Assembly (NCBI GenBank): GCA_003427395.1
Contig: BFEA01000017.1
Span: 1,829,791-1,893,790 of the forward strand
Source: Chara braunii
Taxonomy: Eukaryota; Plantae; Charophyceae
DNA length: 64,000 nucleotides
Reading direction: 5' to 3'
The notes under the pieces were generated by a model. The model made no database searches, was not told the DNA's origin, and saw nothing but the letters and a program-made list of their open reading frames with translations. The translations under genes and the position numbers were made by a program. Shown here piece after piece: positions 49,866-61,631 of the stretch (position 1 is its first letter; each line of letters begins with the position of its first letter).

Positions 49866-52143
49866 TTGCAGAATTCCTGCTGCTGCCTCAGACTGACTAT
49901 TTTGTGGTTCCGCCCAAAACGACGACCAACCTTGTAACGTGACACCCCCCGTCTGCCATTCGCCACCGGTGACGAGCCCACCTCCTGTTTCCCATTTTTC
50001 TTCCGAACGGGGACGAGTATCATGGCCGCCTGCGACAGGGAGCCAGTATCCCGGCTCATCTCGACCAGGTGCCTAAGCTTTCTTCTTCACACCAGGTCCA
50101 GTGGCGCGTTCTCATCTGGGTCCGGAGGGTCTCGGCCTGGCGGCGAGGCTGGTGGCTGCAGAACCGGGGGGTCTTGTGTTCTCCGGGTCTGTTCATTCGC
50201 TGTCGCAGCTCGGACTCCACCCTGCTCTGCCTCCTTTGCTGCTGCTGCGTGTAGTGGTTGAAATCGTGCAAACACAATTGTGGCCAATCTGTGCCATGCT
50301 TCAGTCCACTTCACCCCCAATTGCAATCCATTTTCCAGTACGTTTTTGAGCGAGGCGCTTGTGTTAAGCATTGGGAATCAATCCAGGTACGTCTTATCCC
50401 AGAAATCGTCGGTGAGGGGGTCGCGTTTTGCTTTCAAATTCTCCATCAGCCAGTCCGCAATGGAAACCAGTTTCTGTTCCACGATCAGGTGCAGCGGCAG
50501 TGCCCCCTCCTCCTCACCTTCCGGGCCTCTTTCCGGGACCAAACCCTGCGGTAGTGTTGTCCGGAAGAGGGTCAACATCCATTGGCTCTGGTCCAAAAGC
50601 CGCATGGAAGGGGTCGGTATCTACCATCTGGCGGACCGGCTGGTTACCCGTCTTTGCCACCCCTAGCGGCCCCGACTCAACCTCCATGTCCCTCTGGCTG
50701 CCCCTCTGCTCCCTCCTGTTCCAACCGCTTAGGGGGGCTGTTTGTTACATAAGCTTGCATTGATGACTCCCCTGCCCGTGTGCTCTGTTCCCCTGCGACC
50801 TCGGCCCTGTTCTGCTGTATCTTCCCTGAGGGGGTTAGGTGCGTCCCTTGGTCCCTGGTGCCATCTGTATCTTTCTCTTCCTGAATGTACCGCTCAGCAG
50901 CAGACCTTGGGATGCGGGAACTGTCATTGTCATCCCACAACAGCCCAGGTCCCGCCTGCTGCTTTTGGACCCAGATTTCCTTCCCTCCTTTCTTCCCCAC
51001 CGTCTTCCAACCTGAATTCTCCCGGCTCCCCTGCGGGGGGCTCGCTTGTATCTCATGCACCTTCTCCTCCACCGGAGCCGGGGGGATCCATGCGTTCGGG
51101 CTGCGCATCTCCCAATCCGGTTCCCCAGTTCTTTTTCGTACCCACCCAATAGGGGTGTCTTCCTTCGTGCGGTCCTCAACATAAACCCAACCTTCATGCC
51201 CCCTGGTCCACTGGAACCTAAGGTGGGAAGTGCAGAAAAAGTCATCCTTTCACTCTGTGCAAAAGTGGTGATTGCTCGTTGAGTAGAAAGTTAGTTCGAC
51301 TTGAGAGGTGATGTAGGTTCAAATAAGCGTACAGCCGAACACGATTTTAGAAAACGTACGGTCCACTACAGGAGCGCCCAAATTCATCCAACTAGAAATG
51401 TTTCTAGTACTTTCTACTCTATTTCTTTCTGCGGTCGATAGCTGGGCCAAGTACTACTGGTGGTTTAAGGAAACCTAGGGTGGGAAGTGCAGAAAAAGTG
51501 TTTGCTTCCACTCTGTGGAAAAGTGGAGTTGATTCCCGAGGAGATGTAGGTCCAAAAAGCGTACAGCCGTCGGTTTACACGGCTGTGGCTCGTTTCCTAT
51601 AAGGGAACCCATGGTGTAAATTGCAGAAAAAAGTATTCGTTCCGCTTTGTGGGAAAATTTATGATTGCTCGTTGAGAAGAAAGAAAGTTTCACGTGAGAG
51701 GATATAAGGTCTCAAATAATAAGTGAAGAGCCGAATCCGTTCACACGAGTTGTCACTCGTTCCCTTTGAGGAAATCTAGGTATACACTTATTGTGGTCTT
51801 CATGTGGTCTTCCTTCGGTGTATTTAGCGGTCTGCCTATACCAGCACCTCAAGATATCTCAGGGGTTGTTTGTTGATGTAAAAAAAAAAAAAAAAAGAAG
51901 CCGAAGATGACGACGAAGACGAAGACGATGAAAGTCTTTTTATAATTCTTCGGTTGGTAGGGCACAACACTCACACAGGGACTTTTTCCACTTCTCTCCT
52001 CTTTGGGCGTAATTTCTGTCAGGTTCATCCAGGTCACGTTGGAAAAGTGGTTATATGCACCCAGGAAAGGTCCTACTGTCAGTATGCCCTTATTTCAAGT
52101 TATTTGGGTATTTCCCTCTGTTCTATTTATGAACTGCTGTGCT

Positions 52144-52192
52144 GTCCTTGGGGTCATACAGACAAGGAAGATTAGCATGGCCCCTGTGCAAA
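52144..52192 (+). pseudogene. Partial, internally deleted U6 snRNA copy
   Basis: gtccttgggg...atacaga...gaagattagcatggcccctgtgcaa. Confidence 0.75.
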
Positions 52193-52316
52193 CTCCATTG
52201 CTTGTTTACTGGTCTGTTTTTGTGGCTAATTGTTTCCAAGGTCCTGGCTGCGCTACTCTCCAAATGTGCAAAATGAGAATGAATCTTCCGCTACAACGTG
52301 GAAAGATAACAGTGCC

Positions 52317-52597
52317 ATATTTTTTTGTCTTTGGCTAAGATCAAGCGTAGTATCTGTTCTGATCAGTTTAATATCTGATCCGTAGTATCTGTTCTGATCA
52401 GTTTAATATCTGATCCGTGGTCCATCGGACCACACGATATTAAATTATTTTTTCTGGGCTACGGAGGGGTCATATGAGTAGGCTTGCCTGCTCGACCCTT
52501 CCAGCGTTGCCTCTGTATTGCACTGCAGCCGAGTGTGGCACAGCCCTCCTCCCCTCCAGGGGAACAACAACAACAAAAAAAAAACAAAAAAAAAAAA
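52317..52597 (+). pseudogene. U2 snRNA retrocopy with internal 35-nt duplication and A-rich tail
   Basis: tttggctaagatcaag-cgtagtatctgttc (branch-point pairing region, duplicated), Sm-like aattattttt, ttgcact loop, then (caa)n/poly(A). Confidence 0.9.
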
Positions 52598-53257
52598 GTG
52601 CAGTGAGGCCCCAAGTCTCGCCGACCTCTGTTCTATTTATGAAGTTCATTGTTTGTTTCCTTGTCTGTTTTTGTGGCTCCAGGTGGCTCCAGGTTTCCAA
52701 TTTTTTTTTATTTTTTTTTGTTAAAAAAGGGCGATGGCCTTTAGATGACATCATTGGACTGACCGGACCCAGGCACCTCTAAATGATTTTATTCTCTTCG
52801 TCTGAAGGTATCTGGATTCGAACTTGAGTCTGTTTTTCAACAGTCCAGGGGTGTACCAACTGAGCTATACGCCCATTGGTACGCCCATTGGTAGGGTTTC
52901 CAAGTCTCTCAGAGTCTCTGCACTTTTTTTTTTGTGTGGGAAATTGTTCTTTTCCTTCTTTTTTTTCTTTTTTAACAAAGAAACAGTAGTTTTATTACGA
53001 CCCACTGCCCAAGGCAGAAACACAATCATGTTAGAGAGCTGCAGATTCAGGGGTGTCATCGGGGGGAGCCCCTCCCCTGTGGAAAACCACCGACGTCCAA
53101 AAGGAAAAACACTACCGAATCCCTGATTTCTGCTCTAAAAAATCACCAAAAAATCCGCAACGGAAATACTACTACTTAGGGTTTTCAGTCTTTTGACTAA
53201 TTTCTAAAGCCGATGCACTACAAATGTCGTAAAAATCACGACAACAAAAATTCATAA

Positions 53258-53622
53258 TTAAACCACCAATACTTGGCCCATACATCGGCCGCGGGCGTTT
53301 CCCGTTAACGCGCCGCGGCTGATGTGCTTCGGGCTACCGGACCACAATGGCTGGAGGCGCCAGCCAGAAGAAAACCGAAACGACGTGGCGGCGGCTTGGC
53401 AAAACTTGGTGCGAAGGGCGTTTCCCGCCTCGGCATCAATAGGTAGGCCAAGTACTGGTGGTTTAAACCACCAGTACTCGGCCCAGCTATCGGCGGCGGA
53501 AAAAAATAGAGTAGAAACGTTTCTAGTTGAATGAATTTGGGCACTCCTGTAGTGGCCCGTACGTTTCCTTAAATCGCGTAGCGTTAAAGGGCACGACTTT
53601 AGGAAGTACTGCAGTGGTTTAA
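53258..53622. mobile_element. Two adjacent TTAA MITEs sharing one TTAA (53463-53466)
   Basis: ...gtactggtggt-TTAA-accaccagtac... Confidence 0.88.
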
Positions 53623-53741
53623 GGTTTGTATTAATTTGTAACTTTGTACTAATTTCTAGGTCCCACTACCCACCCTAACGCTTAGGAACCCAAAATCCCT
53701 AATCTACCCGCAAACCGGTTTTCATTTTTGCCTAAGAAAGG

Positions 53742-54266
53742 TTAAACCACCAGTACCTCGCTCAGCTTTAGAGTCCGAAGCTCGGACTACCGGTAGCCCG
53801 ATGATTCCCGAGCCGCGAACTTTATGGACGAGCCTCGGACAACCGGTAGGACATCACAGAAACAAAAAAAAAAANNNNNNNNNNNNNNNNNNNNNNNNNN
53901 NNNNNNNNNNNNNNNNNNNNNNNNNNNNNNNNNNNNNNNNNNNNNNNNNNNNNNNNNNNNNNNNNNNNNNNNNNNNNNNNNNNNNNNNNNNNNNNNNNNN
54001 NNNNNNNNNNNNNNNNNNNNNNNNNNNNNNNNNNNNNNNNNNNNNNNNNNNNNNNNNNNNNNNNNNNNNNNNNNNNNNNNNNNNNNNNNNNNNNNNNNNN
54101 NNNNNNNNNNNNNNNNNNNNNNNNTTTTTTTTTTTTTTTTTTTTTTTTCGTTTTTGATTCCGAGATTTGGGCGGTACCGGTCGTTGCAAGGTGGGTGCCC
54201 CTCCCAACACGGCGCGTATACGGGAAGCGCCACGTCCGATAGCTGGGCGAGGTACTGGCGGTTTAA
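53742..54266. mobile_element. TTAA MITE spanning an N gap
   Basis: TTAA-accaccagtacctcg...cgaggtactggcggt-TTAA. Confidence 0.75.
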
Positions 54267-54632
54267 AATGGCAGTCGTAACCCGAGAAAATTCAACAAAG
54301 CATCAATCTCCGACATATTCCAAGTATTACGCAAAAATGACAGCAGAACCCCTAATACATATCAGCCTTGGGCACCAACACGAAAACTCGTGAAAGCAGC
54401 TACACAGATAAAAAAAATTGAACTAATACCAACCTCGAACAAAAAAATTCACAGGAAACAGAAAAGGAAACGCTAGTATGAATAGAAACGGAAAACTGGC
54501 AAACGAGATATCTCCACAAAAACCGAACCCAAAGAACGATACAGGTGGTCTTCTAAACCGGCGCACCAAAGAGCGCCTAGTGTCGGCGCCGTCCGCAGTA
54601 ACAATCAGTCCTTGGAGAAAGATAGCATCTAA

Positions 54633-55168
54633 GGGGCTTGCCACACAGGCTTTTGAAAGGCGCAAAATCGACGCCGTGTCTTCATGACACAGCCGTTTGA
54701 AACAAGTTCTTTCGAAAAAGTTTTAAAAGGTATCATATTGGCCGGCGTTGAAAGTAGTTTCGAAGAGATGAGATTCTCCCGCTTGTCACAAGCGTTTCCT
54801 CGAAAGATCTAGAGTGGTCTTGCGAAATGGCCCCACTCGGAACGGTTGATTGGCAAAAAAGTAAAGAAGAAAAAAAAAAGGGCGATTACAAAGGCCTGGC
54901 TCCACTACTCTCGACGTGCACAGAAAAACCAAATTATGGTGGTGTATCTTTCCATGTTCTAGCAAAAGTTTCACACTCTCGTTTTACACGCGCCGAGAGC
55001 AGGGGAGGCAGGCCCTTTTGTGCATATAGAAAGGCCTCGGTGTTTCGAAAGCCTGTGTGGCGAAGAGGAGGGGGGTGGGGGTCATTTCGATGAGCAGCCT
55101 TTCGAAAAAAGTCTGACACCTTTTGGAAATTTAAAGGCCTTCATTCGAAAGGCTGTGTGGCGAGCCCC
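54633..55168. mobile_element. PIF/Harbinger (Tourist-like) non-autonomous element
   Basis: TIR GGGGCT(T/C)GCCACACAG; 3-bp TSD TAA at 54630-54632 and 55169-55171. Confidence 0.8.
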
Positions 55169-55194
55169 TAATTCTACCTCCAGTTATAATTCAA

Positions 55195-55521
55195 ACGCTA
55201 TGACGGTCTGACTTACAGGAAGTCTATTCACAGGAAGCCTATTCACGAGCAGAGTACGACGCCTATGACGGTCTGACTTACAGGAAGCCGATTCACGAGC
55301 AGAGTATTCGTCATGCTCCGACAAGTCTTCTCCCCTGGCCAATCAGTCACGTCATGCTCCGACAAGTCTTCTCCCCTGGCCAATCAGTCACGTCATGCTC
55401 CGACAAGTCTTCTCCCCTGGCCAATCAGTGAGTTGTCATGATTGGCCAATTGGCCAGGGGCGAAGACTTGTCGGAGCATGATGAATGCTCTGCCCGCGAA
55501 TTGGCTTCCTGTAACTCAGAC
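55195..55521. repeat. Foldback element: ~73-bp inverted repeat with internal 41-bp tandem triplication
   Basis: 55271-55344 versus reverse complement of 55450-55521; catgctccgacaagtcttctcccctggccaatcagt x3. Confidence 0.8.
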
Positions 55522-55709
55522 ACACATGCAGCAAAGCAGCAACCACAGCAGATACGGATGCCAATCTTTGAGCATGGTGTCGCATATCTGATTCCCATAC
55601 AACACAGCGGGTGTGATGACATTCTCTTTCGTTGTCGATTCACTTTTGTCCTCTTGTCTGTATCGTACCATTTTTTGTCGTCTGGCCGCGACATGAAAGT
55701 TACTTGTGT

Positions 55710-55742
<33 letters not shown>

Positions 55743-55767
55743 AAAGTTACTTGTGTAAGGAAATCAG

Positions 55768-55920
55768 CCTAGCTCAGTTGGTACACCCATGAACTGATGA
55801 CATACAAACCCATGTTCGAATCCAGATGCAATCAGATCACCAGAAATCATAATTCCGAATTACCTGGGGCAGGTCAGTTCAATGATGATATATTCGGGCT
55901 GTCGTAAAAAAAATAAAAAT
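55768..55920 (+). mobile_element. tRNA-derived SINE (best + strand copy)
   Basis: A box TAGCTCAGTTGGTA, B box GTTCGAATCC, unrelated 3' body, A-rich tail. Confidence 0.8.
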
Positions 55921-56167
55921 CTCTATGTTTTTTTTTTTTTTTTTTTAAACAGAAAAAGGAAATGTATTCATATAGCCAGGAAACGGGCCCGCCGTCCCTT
56001 AGATCATATAGCTGGGAAATGAGCTAAGCAAGGCACTCCCGGCCAAACCTATCCCTACCGCAGCCCCACAAGGTTACGACAACCAATCCCAACCCTAAAA
56101 CAAAAATCATGGTTCCCTTATTTAAAGAAGCCAAATCCTAATCTACCCCTTCTCCAGCCCTCCATTA

Positions 56168-56292
56168 TTAAACCACGAGTACCTACCGGTTGGGGTGGCT
56201 GTTAACGCGGAAGCCGAATCGGCCTGCCCCTCCTGTCCAAGTTCATTCGAGGGGGGGGGGTACGGAAAATGCGGTAGGTACTGGTGGTTTAA
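56168..56292. mobile_element. TTAA MITE, distinct interior
   Basis: TTAA-accacgagtacctacc...ggtaggtactggtggt-TTAA. Confidence 0.82.
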
Positions 56293-58867
56293 GTAACCCT
56301 AATGTAGCAAACTCCAAGCTAGGTAGCAAAGCAGTGACGAAATTCAAGGGAGTCTCGATCATGGGTAGAGGGCTCAGTTCCTCGACACTTCGGTCTTTTC
56401 ACCTATCTGGTATCTGGGCTCGATCAGGAGCCTAGAAACTAAATTGTACGGGAAGATCAGATCAGTGTCCACCAAGTATCTTTGGAAAGGTACAGATGGG
56501 GAGGAGGTGGGATACATCGCCAAGTTAGCATCGTAGAAAGTGGTGGGAGACAAATCGGATGGGGGGCTAGGCATCAAAGATCCAGTATTGCAGGTTAATG
56601 CGCTCTTAGCAAGGTGCGTCATTAAGCTCCTCACAGAGCACTCTCCCCACCCCTGGGTGGAGTTGGCTGTGGGGATTTTAATGAAACATTGGTGTCTTAC
56701 TCGAACGGAGGATGTCGGGGTAGCCCTCCTCACGCCCTCCATGCTCAAGGGCAGAATTAAGTCTCCAATCTGGAAGGACATTCCCGAGGCGTGGTCCCTC
56801 ATTATGCCTCTGCACAGATCAAGGAGCCTGTGACAAGAGAAGAAATCCACCCGGCTCAGCACTTGTTTGTAAATGTCTTCATCAGAAATTTGTCCGGTCT
56901 CCCTTGGTCCACGGCAGGTAGCCCGGGCCACTTCGGTAGATCCTGGATCCAAAGGGGAGTCTCCAGAGTTTCACATCTCTGGGATTCAGATCGGGCACAG
57001 TGGTTTTTATCATATGAGGGACGTTGAGCCCGGTTCTCAGCAAGTGCGGTTCGGTCACCCCGGGTAGACTGTGAGCACCCCGGCCTCAATCTCCTTTTTG
57101 GTAATATCAGCCTTGGGCACTGGGCCCGTTTAAAAAACAAAACAAAAAAAAAACAAAAAAAAAAAGATTGGGCACAGTGGAGATCCCCAGCGGACAGGGT
57201 CGGGTGGAGGATGTCATCGACAGCTTTCCTCCGACATCGAAGCCGATCTTACAACATCCTCTGCCTGCGTACGAAGGTCAGTGGGTAGTGAGGGTTGGCA
57301 ATGATGGACTCTCTGAAGTTCTTAAACCACCAGTACTTGGCCCAGCTATCGGCCGCGGAAAAACAAAAAGAGTAGAAACGTTTCTAGTTGGATGAATTTG
57401 GGCGCTCCTGTAGTGGCCCATACGTTTCCTAAAATCGCGTAGCGTTAACGGGCGCAGCGACTTTAGGAAGTACTGCAGCGGTTTAAGGTCCACGTGATCC
57501 TGGACCAAGATCAAAACCAGGCAGTCGCCACACCTTACACCAGAGAAAAATAAAAAGAGAATGATTCTTCTTGCATCCTACTGGAAACAGAGGAAAGGGT
57601 TCTTAAGCTGGGACAGGTAAAATCGATAGTAGTCTGTTTGAAAATAGTGTATAAGGACATTGTGAAGACAATTTTTTTGTGTCCTATGGGTACGCAGGCA
57701 GTGGACACACTACTAGCACTACCACTTCACTGGGGATGGTCTATGATCGAACCTGTTAAACACGTCGGGCTTCCTGTACTACCGGCCCGCAGTGGGTTAT
57801 AGGATGCAGGCCAAGTCATGGTCCCTTCCAGTAGGGGTCTGTAATCGCCGCAGAGAGATCATCCCTGAATGGGAGAATCAACTCGGGGTCCGTCAAACGT
57901 AGGAAATTGTGGCACAATCTGAAACAGATTCCGTTCGACAAGATTAGAAGCCTGGCTTGGCTCCAGTTTCATAGAATTGTGCCCACAGCCAAACTAGCGG
58001 TTAATAGGGTACCGTTGGACAGTACTTGTCGAAGATGCCGGAAAACGGAAGAATCAGCCACACACTTATGGTGGGGTTGTATCGAGTCCAAGAGGATCTG
58101 GGTGTGGTGGGCAAAGCTATGGCAGAGGAACGTGGAGCAGCTGGTTCAGTGGGAAATTTAAAGTGTTTCGTGGTGGGGGGTATCTTGCATAATGTGGAGG
58201 AAGTGGGTAATGGCTGGGTGTACGTGGCCCAGGCTTGCAGAGCGGCCATCATGCAGGTTATATGGAGAATCAGGAACAATAGAGTCTTCCATTCCAGGTT
58301 CTATTCTGATCTCAGTATCATGAACATGGTTCTGGATGGTATACGATCCCTGATTTGGGTAGACTGGAGGAGAGCCAGAAGTGCTTTGAATAAAAGAGCA
58401 GCGAGGGACCGGTTCTTCAGTACGTGGAGACAGAGAGTCAGGATGATCAGGACCAAGGCTGCAGGCATCATCATTGAACCATAGCTGATGGGGCCCAGGC
58501 CTCCATGACTTGGCAGAATTCAGAATCATTCAATTTGATAGCAGTACCTGCTCATTTCATCAAAATCTTGGACTGTATTAGAATGTCATATCTTGCTGGT
58601 ACCCCAGGCTTTTTTAGGACATCTTCACTTTGTTCTGGCGGTCAGTTTGTATGACTGAAGAGGCATCTGGAGTTCTACGACTAGAACAACACCTTATTTG
58701 GATATGTTTTTTTTTCGATTGATACTATGTTCATTCAAGTTATATGCGAGGGATGCTGGATCCGTTTTCCAGCAGGTGCTGCTCCCCACCAGTAGATCGG
58801 AGCCACCCCGATATTAGGTAGGAGGGTACGCTTTTATCAGCCCTCCTATCTGCTGTCGTGGGTTTGT

Positions 58868-58922
<55 letters not shown>
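56293..58922 (+). mobile_element. 5'-truncated degenerate L1/Tx1-type LINE with long poly(A)
   Basis: YLWKG...GGLGIKDP; CCHC zf-RVT CRRCRKTEESATHLWWGC; IWRIRNNRVF; ~50-nt poly(A) at 58872-58922; 5' boundary approximate. Confidence 0.85.
57322..57486. mobile_element. TTAA MITE inserted in the second LINE
   Basis: Same TIR and interior as 47281. Confidence 0.88.
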
Positions 58923-58924
<2 letters not shown>

Positions 58925-59157
58925 CTCGTGGCCCCCGGCGATTAATTTATCTCTACCGCCCTTGTGGTGAAGAGGTCGATTCAGTCTATTCAGTTGATGC
59001 GGAACCTTAGCGAGATTTTGTTCTTTGAACTAATATGCGGACGTTGCACCCGGTTTCCAACAGGTGACGCTCCCCACCAATATAGATTGGTGCCATTGAA
59101 CTCCCCCACCCGCCCGGGCTCTCCTATAGCCTTCCTGCTAGTGCCTGGTAGTCGCCT

Positions 59158-60062
59158 GGAAAATCCGCACAAATAGCACTGCATTCTTTGTTACCGGACG
59201 CTATGGAGGGCCCTACCCCAGTCCCCAGTCCCCAGTCCCCAGTCTCAGCTCTGATTCATGCCCTCCATAGCGTCCCGTAACCAAGAATCTGAGCTACTAC
59301 TATGGTATGAAAACACCTTCTGCTACCATACCATACCATAGTAGTAGCTCAGATTCTTGGTATGAATCATAGCATAAGTAGGGCAGCTACTACTATGGTA
59401 TGGTATGGTATGGTAACAGAAGGTGTTTTCATGATGGCACCTTTCAACTTTGGCCAGGGGGTGTTGTCCCCCACCAGTACCTTTGTCGGTTCGAAAATAC
59501 TCGGCCTCCGACCTTTCAGGAGGCCGAAACGAAACGACGGCCGCCGATCAGATTGATCAACGTCGGGCTCGGCCTCCTGAAAGTTTGGGTACTGGCCAGG
59601 ACTTGTCGAAACCGGACGCCAAAGGTACTGGTGGCTTAAATTTGAAAAAGCACCCAACTTGAAGGCTTTAATTGACATGTGATTAATTTTGGGGGAGCTA
59701 TGACATGCTGGAGCTGGAGAAAACGTAACCTTCTCTCCGCTATGGAAACATAGAGGTAATAAACGAGCTCACTATGGCATCCTTTTTTGCAGCAACTACA
59801 GGGATGTAAATTTACAAAAGGATATAATAAGGGGTTATCGGTTATTCTACTTGTAGCCAATGAGGTTATATGGTATTGGCATGTGGTTTCTCCAATGATT
59901 CTAAGAGTGTCTGTCATCTGATGAACCATGCTCTTTTTAAAGCATTACCTTGGTCGAGTGCAGGTTCTGCGATTCATGCAATGTCTGAGGAACAAGATAT
60001 GCGCAAAATGGGAGGATTTGCTTCTATGTTACCTTTTACTTACTATGCTATGATGCTAATTG
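59158..60062 (+). pseudogene. nad5: Nuclear copy (NUMT) of mitochondrial nad5, fragmented and scrambled
   Basis: [87 protein letters not shown]; stops, insertions, inversions. Confidence 0.92.
59470..59640. mobile_element. TTAA MITE inserted in the nad5 NUMT
   Basis: Reverse-orientation match to 1973-2147. Confidence 0.82.
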
Positions 60063-60534
60063 ATTGGAAAAAAGAGAAAAGAAAAGAAAAAAAGATTCTC
60101 AATGATCCAATCCTACTTACCCACATACATGNNNNNGTGGATAACCATGGATTCTGGGTGAGGACTCCTTGGAGGCTGTAGGGAGTCCTTGGAAGACGGT
60201 TACTGGGTGAGGACTCCTGCCTGAAGGCTACACAAGGTGGGGGGTATATGTTCTTGAGGGGGTAGGGGCGGATTTGAGGGGCGAATGAGAAAATGTGTAA
60301 GTGAGTTAAACAAAAAGACCACCACCTGCTGTAGCAGGTATCGCACCTGCTGGTGGGTGCAACTCCCGCATGTTCCCTCGTTGGAGGCTTGAGCACGGAT
60401 GTGGCTGCTATAATGACAATAAAAAGGGCCTGAGAGGCCGTCCTGTCCAGATTTGACAGCCTTGACAGGTAATTGAATTGGTTGGGCTTAAAAGAATTAG
60501 CCTTCAAATTAAAAAAGAAAAAAAAAAAAAGGCT

Positions 60535-60735
60535 AGGCTACCATCCGGGCCGCCCGGGGCCCGGGTGGCCCGGCCGTGTAAGGACCAAATGAGGTCCCAG
60601 AAAAAATCTGAAAAAAACTGATGTTATGCAAAAATATAAACTGAACAATTTTTGCCTCAGGGTCACATCGAAATTCTTTACCTTTTTTATGTTTTGTTTT
60701 GTTTTGGCCTGGCCGGGGTTCACCCTGGTAGCCTA
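60535..60735. mobile_element. Short hAT-like TIR element
   Basis: TAGGCTACCA...TGGTAGCCTA ends with GC-rich CCGGG subterminal motifs; no clear 8-bp TSD. Confidence 0.5.
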
Positions 60736-61468
60736 GTTAAAATGGACATTTATTTTTTTTAACGAAATTGAAAGCCACTTGTTTGGCCGTAAAAAGGTCA
60801 TGTTCTTAGCTCCAGAGGGTCCTGTGTAGTAGGATGTACTGGAAATGCCAAACTGCCTTGGATGTATCTGGACTTCATCTAAGGGCATACTCACACTAGC
60901 AGGTACTTCTGCAAATTTTACGTATGTGAATTTGCGTTTATATGGCACCTGTGGGTCACACTGCTCACCCGTTTGTTGCCCAAAGCAGAAAGGACAGGGT
61001 CGCGACCTGGCCTTGGGATGCGCAAATACGTTGTGTGCAGTCAGACAGCACAACACACTTAAAATTTTATTTTTTTTTGCTTCCAGAAAGCAGTAGAGGA
61101 AAAAGAAATATGATTTTGCGAGGACCTGTCAAGGTCCCCGCAAAATATGTAAGCCTGCGGCTGTCCAGGCTGCTGACATTGGCGTGCCCTTTTGTGTGAA
61201 CACGCAAAATACGTGCCTCTTGTGACCCGAAAAAACTACATAAAATTTGCGATTTTGCGAAAATACGTGGTAGTGTGAGTGTGCTCTAAGTCCAGAGAAA
61301 TCCAAGGGGGTAAACATCGGACCCTCAGGAGCTAAAATATTGACTTTTTAGGGGCAAATAAGTGCGTATCAATTTCGTTAAAACAGTATATAAAACATCC
61401 ATTTTAACGAAGTGGTCGTCCATCTAGTATTTGTGCATCAGGTGAGACAAGAGCACGCGCGTGTGTGC

Positions 61469-61535
<67 letters not shown>

Positions 61536-61568
61536 CTCAGTTGTGTTTCTCCGCTTGCACCTCACAGN

Positions 61569-61631
<63 letters not shown>

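Larger units (their letters stand above)
45139..51212 (-). mobile_element. Near full-length degenerate L1/Tx1-clade LINE (ORF1 remnant plus APE-RT ORF2)
   Basis: APE motifs QETH, IYTPN, IIAGNCN (49290-49865); NYQPISLL; RT motifs FIDFEKA, RQGDPLAPFLF, FADD (47469-47999); KGGLGI; short A tail at 45139; approximate TSD G(A/G)AACCT; stops and frameshifts. Confidence 0.9.
44600..51780. repeat. ~250-bp tandem array (44600-45138, 51213-51780) split by the LINE
   Basis: Repeating ggaaacctagggtgggaagtgc...gacttgagagg...gttcaaata plus a partial TTAA MITE. Confidence 0.78.

Noticed and set aside
55300-55430. CRISPR-like regularly repeated units
   Set aside because: Contiguous tandem repeats without unique spacers; eukaryotic context; no cas genes.
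55768-55825. tRNA gene
   Set aside because: A/B boxes are present, but there is no complete cloverleaf and it continues into a repeated body with A tail, so it is a SINE head.
55858-55890. U1 snRNA-like ttacctgg...ggtca in the SINE body
   Set aside because: Match too short; no U1 stem-loops or Sm site follow.
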